Assembly: GCF_030144855.1 (NCBI RefSeq)
Contig: NC_082713.1
Location: forward strand, 63,488,001-63,552,000
Direction of reading: 5' to 3'
DNA length: 64,000 nt
Source of the DNA: Hypanus sabinus
Taxonomy: Eukaryota
Below the pieces are notes generated by a model, which saw only the letters and a program-made list of their open reading frames with translations, was not told the DNA's origin and did not search any database. The translations under genes and the position numbers were made by a program. This document shows, piece by piece, positions 47,701-59,545 of the stretch; the first letter of the stretch is position 1, and every line of letters begins with the position of its first letter.

Positions 47701-48260
47701 GGAATATTGTGTGCAGTTCTGGTCACCGAATTATAGGAAAGATATCAATAAATTAGAGAGAGTGCAGAGATGATTTACTAGGATGTTACCTGGGTTTCAG
47801 CACTTAAGTTACAGAGAAAGGTTGAACAAGTTAGGTCTCTATTCATTGGAGCGTAGAAGGTTGAGGGGGGATTTGATCGAGGTATTTAAAATTTTGAGAG
47901 GGTTAGATAGAGTTGACGTGAATAGGCTGTTTCCATTGAGAGTAGGGGAGATTCAAACAGGAGGACATGATTTGAGAGTTAGGGGGCAGAAGTTTAAGGG
48001 AAACGCAAGGGGGTATTTCTTTACTCAGAGAGTGATAGCTGTGTGGAATGAGCTTCCTGTAGAAGTAGTAGAGGCCAGTTCAGTTGTGTCATTTAAGGTA
48101 AAATTGGATAGGTATATGGACAGGAAAGGAGTGGAGGGTTATGGGCTGAGTGCAGGAAGGTGGGACTAGGTGAGATTAAGAGTTCGGCATGGACTAGGAG
48201 GGCTGTGATGGCCTGTTTCTGTGCTGTGATTGTTATATGGTTATATGTTATATGGTTATT
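44702..48260 (+). mobile_element. Young 5'-truncated CR1 LINE: ORF1 SGNH-esterase domain, complete-length ORF2, 3' UTR with microsatellite tail
   Basis: ORF1 PGARVRDV...VVVHVGTNDIG. ORF2 YFNARSI...ISETWL, VGDFN, LDLLL, SSDLN, KSPGPD, MDFSKAFDKVPH, QGSVLGP and SKYADDTK. The tail is (gttatatg)n at 48231-48260. Confidence 0.95.
45182..48169 (+). pseudogene. CR1 ORF2 (APE endonuclease + reverse transcriptase), single frame with about seven premature stops
   Basis: ORFs 45182, 45722, 46076, 46313, 46970 and 47783 are all in the same reading frame, separated only by stop codons. Confidence 0.93.
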
Positions 48261-49639
48261 TTGCATCGGTGTACACATAGCCTACAAACATGACCGAGAA
48301 GAAGCAACCGGAAATGCGATGCTACCAAATGGACCAATCACAGTTGCTGTGGTTTGCATCACCGTGACACGTGAGTCACTTTTCTGGAGAGGTGCACGTC
48401 ACCCTACAGCACAGGTATGGCATAGGGTACATGTTACCTACGGTGTCGATAAGATGCACAAGTCACCACTTGATTGTTGCTGCTGTTGGGGGATCTCTGA
48501 ATTCTGGCTCACTGGTGAAACCACCTCTGTGTTCCAGGCACCAATCATGATTTCTAGTCTGGGCGAAGTCCAAAGAACCCATGGAAAGGTATCCCAAAAA
48601 GTACGAGTTCCACAAGCATAGAGAGATACACACAGCAAACTTTGATCTTTTATTCTCATGTCATTAACTCAGGCTGTTCTCTTTCATTCAAAAAAGCACA
48701 AGATCATTAACACAGTGTTCAGCATAAGCATACCCTTATAAATCAATTGGACACTTTAAGGGTCACTCCTTATCCATCAGTCCACCAATGGTTTGGACTT
48801 AACATTCCATTAGTTACAAAATCATTAATTTTGCTTATAAGTGATAAGGCTAAATCTAAAAACACTCCATCAGGCCAACTTGACAGACACTAAGAATCCA
48901 TCAACCTAGCTCTGAACTGACCTACAGACATTTAGTCATTAATGGACATCCCCATGATAAAGTTGACTTAGACTAACAAAGAATCCAGCTGCTATCAACA
49001 AACATTTGACATTAACAAACCTACCGTATTTACCTTGTACAGACTCGCTACATGTTCAAAGTTCACAAAGTGTTTAGTTGTCATTTTGAACAGTTCAGTC
49101 ATTCATTCAATGTTTTATAAAATTTAATATAGCACAATATATGATGAGACCTGGGGGCTGGCTGAGAGTTCAGTAGTCTTATGGCTTGGGGTGGGGGGGG
49201 GGTGTTAAAAGCTATTTCCCATCTTAAGAGTTCTTGTTCTAATGCTAGGGTGCCTCCTGCCTGATGGTAGTGGATCAACAAGATTGCTGGATGGATGGGA
49301 GGAATCACTAACAATGCTAAAGAGCAGCACTCTGGATAAAAATCTCTGATAGGTGTAAGAGAGACCCAATGATCCTCTCAGCGGTCTTTGGAATTCTCTA
49401 AAGGGACTTGTTTTCTGATGCCTTGTAGTTCCCATACCAGACATAACTGGTTTGCACACACTCAGTAGCAACCCTGTAAAAGTTGTTTAGAAGTGGGGGT
49501 GGGGGGGGGGGGGAGGGAGTGCCTCACTCACCTCTATCTCCCAAGAAGTAGAATTCATTGTATCTTGAAAGAAGATCTGGTATGTTCCTATAATTCTTAT
49601 TTGAAAGAGCTGCAGGTATCTTTAAAGAAGCCCTTAACT

Positions 49640-50165
49640 TAATAGTCTCTCGAAGTCTGAGGAAGATGAAAGTGTTGCGCAGTCAATGTCTGTGGGCACG
49701 CATATGACTTTTGAGGTGGACATCCAAAGCACAGATACGGTTGCAGATGGGGCAAGGAGCACCGCCTGTTGGGGCAGGAGCGGACGCCTTCCTGTGTCTT
49801 TCTTGACTCACCTTGAGGCGCTGCATGCGCCATTTGGCTTGGAAGTTGTTTGCTGCCTTGGAGCAAAGATTGCGCCACTTGGACCGATCGGCAGCAGTGT
49901 GTTCGAGATCACGGGGTTGGAATTTGGCCCACTTAAGGTTTGACTTGAGGTTGTCTTTGTACCTCTTCCTTGGGCAACTTTGGGCATGGTTGCCCTGCTC
50001 CAGTTCTCCGTAGAACAACTGACGCGGCATTCTGGATTCATCCATGTGGATCACATGGCCGGTCCATCTGAGCTGAGCCTTCAACCCTTGGCTTCAATGC
50101 TTGTGGAATTGACTCAATCCAGGACTGTCAGGTTGGAGATACGGTCTTGCCAGCGGATGTCCCGT
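49640..50165 (-). mobile_element. RTE-clade LINE 3' end (copy A)
   Basis: ORF 49683-50084 gives AQLRWTGHVIHMDESRMPRQLFYGEL...PRKRYKDNLK...AADRSKWR and a C-terminal CPICNRIC...HLKSHMRAH finger. Confidence 0.88.
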
Positions 50166-52280
50166 TGGCCTGTGTTCAGGATGTGGAGTCACAGGGTACT
50201 GAACCTAGTGTGGAGACTCAGGAAAAGTCTGAGGTATCTGATTTAGTTGAAAAGGAATGCAGTTCTTTTAGGTCAGATAGACTTGCTTCAGTGAAGAAAG
50301 GGTTAACCTTGGCACCAGTGAAAAGTGAGAATTTTCAGTCACTTGTGTTAAAAGTTAGTGAGGAGATGAAAGCTGGTGAGATGGATGTTATTGAAGATAT
50401 TGAGGGGAAAAGTGGTACTAGACTTTTGAATAAAGAAAATTTAAAGTCTGAATTGGTTTTAGAAGCAGTAACCATGCTGAAGGAACAATGGCTTGTTAAC
50501 AAGGTGCCTGTGAGTCAATTCCAGTTTGTTTTGGAATTTAAGGATAAACAACATGGTGATGTTGTTCAAGGACATGATTTGGAGAGACAGAACTTGAAGT
50601 GTTGTTTTGATCAAGAGGCATTACCTGCAGATGTTAAACTGGAAACTAATAGAATTAAAGATCCTGAAGATAAAATTAATGACATGCTTAAAATTAATGA
50701 GTGGTGTGGGAGTTCAGCAAATGGGCTTAGTTTGGAAAACATTGATGATAAGCTAGCTCCTGCGAAAGGAGTCTGTGAAGGCCTATTCCAAGCTGGTGAG
50801 CAAGCTAACCACGTGAGGGTTAAGTGGAAAAGCTGCAAGGGTTGACCAAATGCCACTTTAAATAACAGGATCTGGTTTTACGGGAATTTGACTTTTTTTT
50901 TGAACAAAGCATGTGAATAATAAAGACAACATCATGGGAGATTGTCTGTTTGAATATTAAGCTTGAAAGTAAAATAGAGATTAGTATTTGCACAAACTTC
51001 TGTAATGTGCCACAATATAATCACACATGTATTGGTTCACACTTTGTAATATACACCTAAGCTAAGAACACAATCCCTTGGTATTCTTGGCTATCATGAA
51101 AAATAAAAATAGGAGGTTATTAAGTTGGAGTCTGTTGTTACAAGAATTCGGTATTAGAATACAACATGTAAAGGTGAGTGATAATGTAATTGTTGATTGT
51201 TTATCCAGATGTTAATTTGAAAGTGTATCTATTATTCTTGTAGTCAAGACCACTTCTGTATTTTGTTAAACTTTGTAATTCAGTAATGAGCTTTATTAGT
51301 TAATTTTCACCCTGGTGAAAATTCCCAGAAGGATGGGGGTGTTATGAGTGATGAACAGATCGGATGTAAAATGGGGTGCAGAGTTAACCATTCCCCCCCC
51401 CCCCCCCCCGCCCTGAGAACTATGAACTATTGCTGTTGCTATGCTGCTACTGATAGAGAGAGATGAAGCCCAGGCAAGAACATCTGTTGCAGATAAGAGG
51501 GAGAGAGAGAGATTGTTGATCTATTGTATTTTGACTCCTCCTGGATTATTTACCTTTCACGACAAGGACTTTACTTTGCTCGTTATCATTCCTCAGGAGA
51601 CAGCAGGAGAGGTCTGATTTGATGGACACAGTCATTCAGAGTTGATGAATAGCTGAAACCTCATTAGAAGGGATAAATGACAGGTCTGGGGAGACACCCT
51701 TCAGATACACCAGTGGACACTGACTGAGTGTTGTGAACCCAAAGAAAGGTGGAGGCTTCGGAGACGGAATCAGGAGCTCAGTCAGTAAAGCTCACAGCGG
51801 GGCCAGTGGGGACTTGTGTGTGTGTCCACTCATGCCTGAGTGACGAGTCCACCACAGAAGAATGGTCTAGCTGAAGGACGGAGGGGTCATAGCTGAATGA
51901 CAACACAATATGACGGAATAAGAAAGCAACAGAAGGTTTGCCTGCTGAAGCTGCCTAATCTCTTGCTTGCTCTCTCTCTTTCTCTCTCCAACGGTTACAA
52001 CACAACAACTATAACTACCTCAGCACGCATGAACTGAACTTTATACTTTTCTATGACAATTCATTTACCCCTAGACATCGATGGAGCTTGTTTATTATTG
52101 CTTATTATTGTTCCTATACTTTTAAGGTTTATTACCGCTAACTTGTTTTATATGTATATTTCCATTTCTGATACTGTATTGTGTAGTTTACTAATAAACA
52201 TTTTTAGTTTTGGTACCACCAGACTCCAACAGATTCTTCTTTCTCTGCTGGTCTGACACCCAGTTACGGGGTACGTAACA
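50166..52280 (+). mobile_element. 3' part of a non-autonomous Gmr1-like Gypsy element: degenerate internal region, RNase H C-terminus, PPT and 3' LTR (51340-52280)
   Basis: HNPLVFLAIMKNKNRRLLSWSLLLQEFGIRIQHVKVSDNVIVDCLSRC* at ~51069-51215 lies only ~110 bp before PPT gaaggatggggg. The LTR runs tgttatg...cgtaaca with aataaa near 52194. Confidence 0.75.
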
Positions 52281-52705
52281 GACCAATCAGCTGCAGGGTG
52301 TTCGAGATCACGGGGTTGGTGTTTGGCCCACTTAAGGTTTGACTTGAGGTTGTCCTTGCACCTCTTCCTTGGGTGACCTTGGACACGGTTGCCCTGCTCC
52401 AGTTCTCCATAGAACAACTGACAGAGCATTCTGGACTCATCCATGTGGATCACATGGCCGGTCCATCTGAGCTGAGCCTTCAAGACATTGGCTTCAATGC
52501 TTGTGGAATTGGCTCGGTCCAGGTCTTGCCAGCGGATTTACATGATTGATCGCAGAGCACGATTGTGGAATTGTTCAAGCTGTTTGACATGTCTGTGATA
52601 CAGTGTCCAGGTTTCACAGCCATATAGAGTGATGAGACCACAACAGTATTGTAAACCTTCAGCTTAGTGGAGAGGTGAATGTCTTTGTGCTCCAGAACTT
52701 TGACT
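52281..52705 (-). mobile_element. RTE-clade LINE fragment (copy B)
   Basis: AQLRWTGHVIHMDESRMLCQLFYGEL..., preceded by LSTKLKVYNTVVVSSLYMAVKPG-type sequence. Confidence 0.85.
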
Positions 52706-53599
52706 TTAACTTAATACAGAACAAGATAATTGTAGATTTGTTCTGTACCTTCCTCTGGGTAACTTGCAAAACTTACAACATGCCCTGCTACATTTAGACT
52801 TGCCCTCTTTATGTTCTACCTTGGCAACATCCTTCATCATTTTTGGATTGGTTAAAGTAATCACAGAAGGCAAATATGTTGGTATTTCTCATTCTACAAG
52901 TCAGTAATTGATTCCAGCACTCAGGAACAAAACCTGTTTTATAATGTTCAGTCCATAAGTTTAGATTCAGTATAAGCAGATTTTAAGGTATCTACCTGAT
53001 TGATTTAGATTGACTCATTTGGATCACATTCATATTCAAGGTGGCCTAGAGTCCCTTTCTGCAGCAGAGCTTAGAACATACACTTTTTATTCTAACCATC
53101 AGTGAAGCAATGGAGAAGGATATGAAAACCTAACTCAAGCAAGGAAATGAAAATGCTAAATACTTTGATACCAATTGAAGTGCTTTATGTATGGAAAAAT
53201 GCACAAGTTAGGAATGTCAATTATTTCTGCAAAAACTTTGAAGAGAAGCTGATTTTAAGAAAGCTTGAGGATAATTTTTCAATGTAACTTGTCAAATTTA
53301 AATGAAAAAATGAAACATTTTACATTGTAATAAAATATGAAACTTATAAAACAGCACATTACTTAAGTTTTAAATTTGTTCTCTGATTTTAAGCACCTCT
53401 GAAAAAGCTTGCTTTTATTTATTGCTCCGACCTAGCAATCTCATGAAGCTGATGTTGGGCTACAGTCCACATGCTGAAAGTTTACCCACAGTCTACTTAA
53501 AACTTTGCTGAATATTTGATAAAACTGCAAGGGAAAATTGGACCATTTCATGAAGCTATCATTAGCAATCTTGTCTTGGGACTGGAGCCTCACACAGAC

Positions 53600-55060
53600 A
53601 TCCAGATTACCTTGAAGACCACCATTATTAGAATGGGTAATTAGATACTTGGCTTCTTCTCTAGAAAATACAGGACCAGTTTGATTAGAATAACCAGGAG
53701 ATCCAAGAGCTAATAAAACAGAACACAGAACAGCTTTGAATTGGAAACTCAGTGGAAGAAGAAGAAGAGCACTATGGTCAATTGAAAGTTGAGGTTCAAT
53801 AAAAAATCCCTGACTTAAAGAACACAGAAGGACTGGCTACTTGATGATAACTAGAATTTTCAGCACTCTAATGACTATCTACAGCCTAAAACCCAAGGGA
53901 CTACCACAGTGCAAGTGAAAATAATGGAAACGTATCAAGAAGAAGAAGTGAAGTGCCCATTTAAAAAATGCATTGAAGAACTCTTCAGTGACAATCCAAT
54001 CCATGAAACAAATTTCCTTGGCTATTTGATCCAGGCTTGGCACCCACTTATAATTTAAAGAATTCAGAAAGGTCAACTAAAACACCACCAGGGCCTTGTT
54101 AGCAGACAGTATTCTTGGTAAGTTCGTCTCCTAACCCAAAATGTTTCTCGATCTTTTTCCTTGTTGTCTCTCACGTCTAACAAAAATCTTGCTGGAGGGG
54201 GCGTTAAGTGAGAAACTGTTCAAAATATATCAGCTACACTCTAGAGCCAACATCAATCCAACCTCAATCTTTGAGCTACTTTAGGCAGATTACATGTACA
54301 CACTTGCATTCGAAGGCCAAGCTTCGTTATTGTTGATTTGAATTGTGCCTTACAAGCAAGCAGACCTCAAGCTAAACTTCAAAATAATGGTCATCTGCAA
54401 AAGTTTTACACTTCCCAATCCTACCCACAGCTCTTTCCCTTCCCTCTGAACATTAAAGGTCCATAATTAGACCCTGAAAATCATACACCAAATACTTGAA
54501 CTCAGGAGCCACTTCTGAATGAAGGCAGTCATTGCTACTTAAATTCAACACTACTTTCAGTTTGTCAGCAGAATTTGGCTATTCAGGAAAACAAGTGTTT
54601 GATGTTCAAGACCTTTAACTGATAAAAATCCCAAAGTTTTCTGGCAGCTTTCTTGTCCAATCCTGAAGCATGATAACATATAACAGGTTTATCAAAGCAC
54701 TAGACAGAGACTTCAAACATTTTCTCCACAAAATCTGCTAGAAGGATAAGCAAACTAATGTCAATGTCCTCTCACAAGTTAACATCTTCAGCAACATGGC
54801 TCTTCACTAATTCCAATTTACTAACTGTGCACAAAGACTCCTGGAAGAGCAACTCTACCACAAACTCCTTCATAGCAAAAGGTTACAAGGTAGACAGAGG
54901 CAAAGGTTTAAGCATACCCTCACAAGGGTCATTGAGAAAAGTTTAACATCTCCACATATTCATGGAAGCTCCTCTCCCATTTTCAAAATGGAGGAACAAC
55001 CAGAATGGTACAAGCAACCTAGACTTAGAGCAGAAATAATTGGAGACTACGTGTTGGAGA
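53600..55060 (+). mobile_element. Very old RTE-clade LINE remnant
   Basis: Degenerate TSIFELL*ADYMYTLAFE (RT ADD region, ~54265), gagccacttctgaatgaaggca (LGSHLS-type) and ggaaaacaagtgtttgat (RKRVF-type) blocks. Boundaries are approximate. Confidence 0.55.
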
Positions 55061-56404
55061 GAGCATAGAAGTTCTTATAGTACTCACTCATCAGCCCTTT
55101 CAAACCCCTCCTAACCAATACACTGGTCCCACAAGACAAAGAAGCACTAGCCAATTGGCTAAAGTTAGCAGGTTTTGTTCCGCAGAGGTTTTATAGAACA
55201 ATCCATCAGCTCAGCAGTCAGATTTAACGATAGAAATTTTGAAGGTCAGTGTTTTATTGATAAACTCACATTTCCCACACCACTATAAGGATATATTAAA
55301 TAATTTTTGGTGGATTGTCAGTTAATATTGTGCTACTCACTGGTGGCAAGCAAAATGGTACTATCATGTTGAGGTCAATGTATTATGACAATGTCCTTTG
55401 CTGGGATAAGAAAAAGAATAGTAATATTTGTGTAGTTTTATTACACATTCTTCTGTGGTCATTGAGCTAATTTGTCCAGTTTGAACCATTGAGTTCCCAT
55501 GAGAATACTGATAGTGTCCCAATACTCTATCATCTAATACCAGTGGCAATGTAAGGTTGAAAAGAAAAGCTGAGATTATAACATAACATTCCATTGCTTC
55601 TGAAAAAAACCTCTTAACTTTGTTTCCCAGTTAGGTTGTAGAAGCTGCACCGTGCCTCATGGGAATTGAGATAACACTTGAATACAGTGGAACCTTAGGT
55701 TAAAAATTGTAAAGCATTAATATAGTACCAGATTCTCACATTTATTTACAGACCTGAATGCTCTTCTACCTTTTCTTTTACATTTTCTAATGCACATTCC
55801 TGTTTTTTTTTCTAAAGATACATTTCACTCCTCACAATGGATTTGTATTTTCCCCACGTAGCATGCATTATAAATGAGTGTTGCAACAAGAGATTTGCAA
55901 AATCTTCCAACTGCTTGAGAGATCACATTCCTCAACTTCAGTCTCGCTGGTCATGACCCAAGGTCAGAGAGAATGAGATCAACGTTGTGCCATTTCTCCA
56001 CTCTCCGTATCATCTGATTAAAAGTCTAAAGGAACCAAATAGCCAACAAAAGCTATATACAAATTTCCCTTTGCTAATTTTAAAATCCAATCGGATTAAT
56101 GATGAATGGGTATAATTAGCCAACACAGATGCCTGGGGCAAATGACTTATTTCATTGTTGTATGATTCAAACCCTGAAAGTGACCCTAATATTACTTGTA
56201 TCCCTGATTTTGCACTCGACTGGGTTAAAAGTGCAATACACTTCAGAAACCATTGTTGTAGCAAAATGACATTTCTGCTGTGGAGATCTCACAAAGAAAT
56301 TCATAGAATAGTACCTAGAGGAAGATAAAAGCTGCCTTGTTGCATGCAATTGCACCCTATCCTCTCACCTTTTTCACTAAGAATCAAGAGGTGCACTGTG
56401 AAAA

Positions 56405-56660
56405 GCACACATAGCACAGTATAGCACAGGAACAGCACTCTGACTTACAAAGTTCTTCCAAACTAATTAGTGATCAAACGTCTGATTGAAGATATCCCTG
56501 CAATCTGTACAGTGTCCTTACCTTTCCATTTCTTGCACATTCATGTGCCTATCTAAGAGCATCTTAAACACCCTGATTGTATTTGTCTCCAGCACCACGC
56601 CTGGTAGCCCATTCCAGGCATTCACAACTCTCTGTATGAAAAAAAACACTTGACCAATTC
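56405..56660 (-). mobile_element. CR1 LINE 3' end
   Basis: FFIQRVVNAWNGLPGVVLE...FKMLLDRHM (56518-56700) plus tail. Confidence 0.8.
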
Positions 56661-56663
56661 CGT

Positions 56664-57334
56664 TGTAATGGGCTGGGTTGGTCAGACTCAAAACTCTCAA
56701 ACCAACTTGAGTGTCCAGGAGATGTGGTTATAAGCGTACAAGCACAACAAAGTAACTTAAGCCTAATTTATTATCTTAAAACAGAAAGCACAAATAACCA
56801 ATGCAAAATACTACATAGAAAATCGCTAGGATTTCAGGGCTCATGATTCATAGTCAATACTTGATTGTTGCTATCGGCAGGAACTTAATTGCCGTTACTG
56901 TCAGGGGAATTCTGAATTCAGACCTGTGAAGTCACCCGGGTCCATCCTAGGCACTGATCAATCACTATTCCTTGGTCTAAGTGAAGTCCCAAGAACCAAG
57001 CGAAAGGTGCCTCAATAAATAGAGATTCAATCTACAAGCATAGCAGGACATGCAAAGACAGATAAAGTCTTCGGTCTTTCATTCTTATGCCACTGGTACA
57101 AACATGTAACAAACCCATGGTGTAAGAATAAAACAGCTATTAACTAACATTTAACAAACTGACAGTGCGCAAATGTACAGAGACCGTGGAAGAGCTAAAG
57201 GTATGGCAATTATTGAGTCCTTACCTAAAATTTGTTGATACAATCTTAAACACCTCTAAACCTACAAAGCAAGTGTTGTGTAAATCATACACTTTCTGCA
57301 TTCATGACTAGTTATTTTATTTTCTAGATTTACA
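56664..57334. repeat. LTR-like repeat related to the split LTR at 44334-49139
   Basis: Shares tgtaatgggctgg...gagtgtccaggag...cagggctca...cttgattgttgct...gaagtcccaagaacc. The right end (ttaca) is tentative and there is no TSD. Confidence 0.6.
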
Positions 57335-59545
57335 GAATGGTTTCAATTGATTAGAGAGCTTAAGGTAAAAGAACACTTCAGGGAGTGATCATAATATGAT
57401 TGAAACCACCCTGAAATCTGAGAGAGATAAGCGAAAGTCAGATGTACTAGTATTACAGTGGAGGAAAGGGAATTACAGAGGCATAGGAGAGCAATTAGCT
57501 TGAACTGATTGGAAAAAAAAGCACTGGCAGAGATGATGGCAGAGCAGCAATGACTGGAATTTCTGGATACAATTTGGAAGGCACAGAATACATACATCCC
57601 AAAAAGGAAGAAGTATTCTAATGGAAAGATGACACAAAGATGGCTAACAAAAGAAGTCAGACATAAAAAACAAAGAGACGGCATATAATAGACAGCAAAA
57701 TTTAGTGAGAAGTTAGAGGATTAGGAAGCTTTTAAAAACAGATGGCTACTAAAAAATTATAAAAAGGTAGAGATGCAATAAGGAATTAAGGTAGCCAATA
57801 ATATTAAAGTGGGTACCAAGAGTATCTTCAGAAACGTAAAGCGAAAAACAGAGGCAAGAGTGGATACTGGAGAGGTGCTAATGGAGGACAACAAAATAAT
57901 AGACAAACTGAATAAGTATTTTGCGTCAGTCTTCATCGTGGAAGACATTAGCATGGTGAAAGTTCCACGTGTTGGGGTTAAAAAAATGTGTGAAGTTACC
58001 ATAACTAGAGAGAAGGTTCTTGGGAAACTGAAAGCTCTGAAGGTAGATAAGTCACCTGGACAAGATGGTGTACACATCGGTGTTCTGAAAGGGGTGGCTG
58101 AAGATATTGCAGAGGCATTAGTAATTATATCTCAAGGTTCACTAGATTCTGGAATGGTTCCTGAAGACTGGGAAATTGCAAATGCCACTCCACTCCTCAA
58201 GAAGGGAGAGAGGCAGAAGAAAGGAAATTATAGGTCAATTACTCGGACTTTAGTAGTCAGGAAGATGGAGTCGATTATTAAGGATGAGGTCTCAGGGTAC
58301 TTGGAGGCATATGATAAGATATAAGGCCATAGTCAGTATGGTTTCCTCAAAGGAGAGTCTTGCCTGACAAATCTGTTGGAATTATTTGAAAAAGTAGCAA
58401 GCAGGATAGACAAAGGTTGATGCTGTGTACTTGGATTTTCAAAAGGCTTTTAACAAGGTGCCACACATGAGGCTGATTAACAAGCTATGAGCCCATGGTA
58501 TTTTTGGAAAGATTCTAGCATGGATAAAGCAGTGGCTGATTGGCAGGAGGCAAATAGTGGGAATAAAGGGAGCCTTTTCTGAATGACTGCTGGTGACTAT
58601 TGGTGTTCCACAGGGAGCTGTATTGGGACCAATTCTTTTTATGTGATACATCAATGATTTGGATGATGGGATTGATGACTTTGTTGCAAAGTTTGTAGAT
58701 GATATGAAGATAGCTAGAGGGGTAGGTGGTTTTGAGGAAGTAGAGAGGCTACAGAAGGACTTTGACAGATTAGGAGAATGGGCAAAGAAATGGCAGATAG
58801 AATACGGTGTCGGGATGGTACTGTATTTCACTTTGGTGAAAGAAATGAAAGGGTTGACTATTTTCTAAATGGAGAGAAAATACAAGAAAAACTAGATGCC
58901 AAGGGACTTGGGAGTCCTTGTGCAGGATTCCAGAAAGTTTAATTTGCAGGTTGGATCTGTGATGAGGAAGGCAAATGCAATGTTAGCATTCCTTTCAAGA
59001 GGATAAGAAAATAAAAGCAAGGATATAATATTGAAACTTTATAAAGCACTGGTGAGGCCTCACTTGAGGTATTTTGAGCAGGTTTGAGCACCTTGTCTTA
59101 GAAAGGATGTGCTGAAACTGCAGAAGTTCACAAAAATGATTCCAGGATTGAATGGCTTGTTGTATGATGAGTGTCTGATGGCTCTGGGACTGCATTCAGT
59201 AGAATTCAGAAGAATGAGGGGTAAGAGGCATTGATAGAGTGGATGTGGAAAGGATGTTTCCTATAGTCTAAGATTAGGGTGTCCTTTTAGAACAGAGATG
59301 AGGAGGAATTTTGTTAGCAATGGGGTGGTGAATTGGTGGAATTCTTTGCTGCAGGCATCAGTGGAATCCAAGTCTTTATTTGAGACAGAAGTTGGTAGAT
59401 ACCTGGTTGGTCAGTGCATAAAGTGATATAGGGAGAAAGCAGGAGATTACAGCCATGAGGAAAATTGAATCATCCATGATGAAATGGTGGAGCAGACTCG
59501 ATGGGGCAATTGACCTAATTCTGCTCCTCTATCTTATGCTCTTAA
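57335..59545 (+). mobile_element. Decayed CR1 LINE ORF2 + 3' UTR
   Basis: Motifs LKVDKSPGQDGVH...MVPEDWEIANATP...GNYRSI and VAKFVDDMKI...LQKDFDRLGEWAKKWQ. The tail is aattctgctcctctatcttatgctctt. Confidence 0.88.

Larger units (their letters stand above)
44504..48463. mobile_element. Harbinger-like MITE (44504-~44701 + ~48261-48463), split by a CR1
   Basis: TAA followed by TIR ggctgatttatacttgtgc; the right end retains the partial inverted gcacaagt. Confidence 0.62.
44334..49139. repeat. Solo LTR (44334-44503 + ~48464-49139) split by Harbinger and CR1 insertions
   Basis: Starts tgtaatgggctgg. Both halves match the related repeat at 56664-57334. TSD tatg is at 44330-44333 and 49140-49143. 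Confidence 0.72.
44140..49545 (-). mobile_element. Rex1-like LINE 3' fragment (44140-44333 and 49140-49545), host of a nested stack
   Basis: Has the tail ttgccattcaaccatacatg...aaacaacattcctctggacc and resumes tatgatgagacctggg...gagttcagtagtct. The minus ORF gives DSSHPSSNLVDPLPSGRRHPSIRTRT...NSF. Confidence 0.7.

Noticed and set aside
48160-48621. 153-aa ORF as a gene
   Set aside because: It spans the CR1 3' UTR, a MITE half and an LTR half, so it is a chimeric chance frame.
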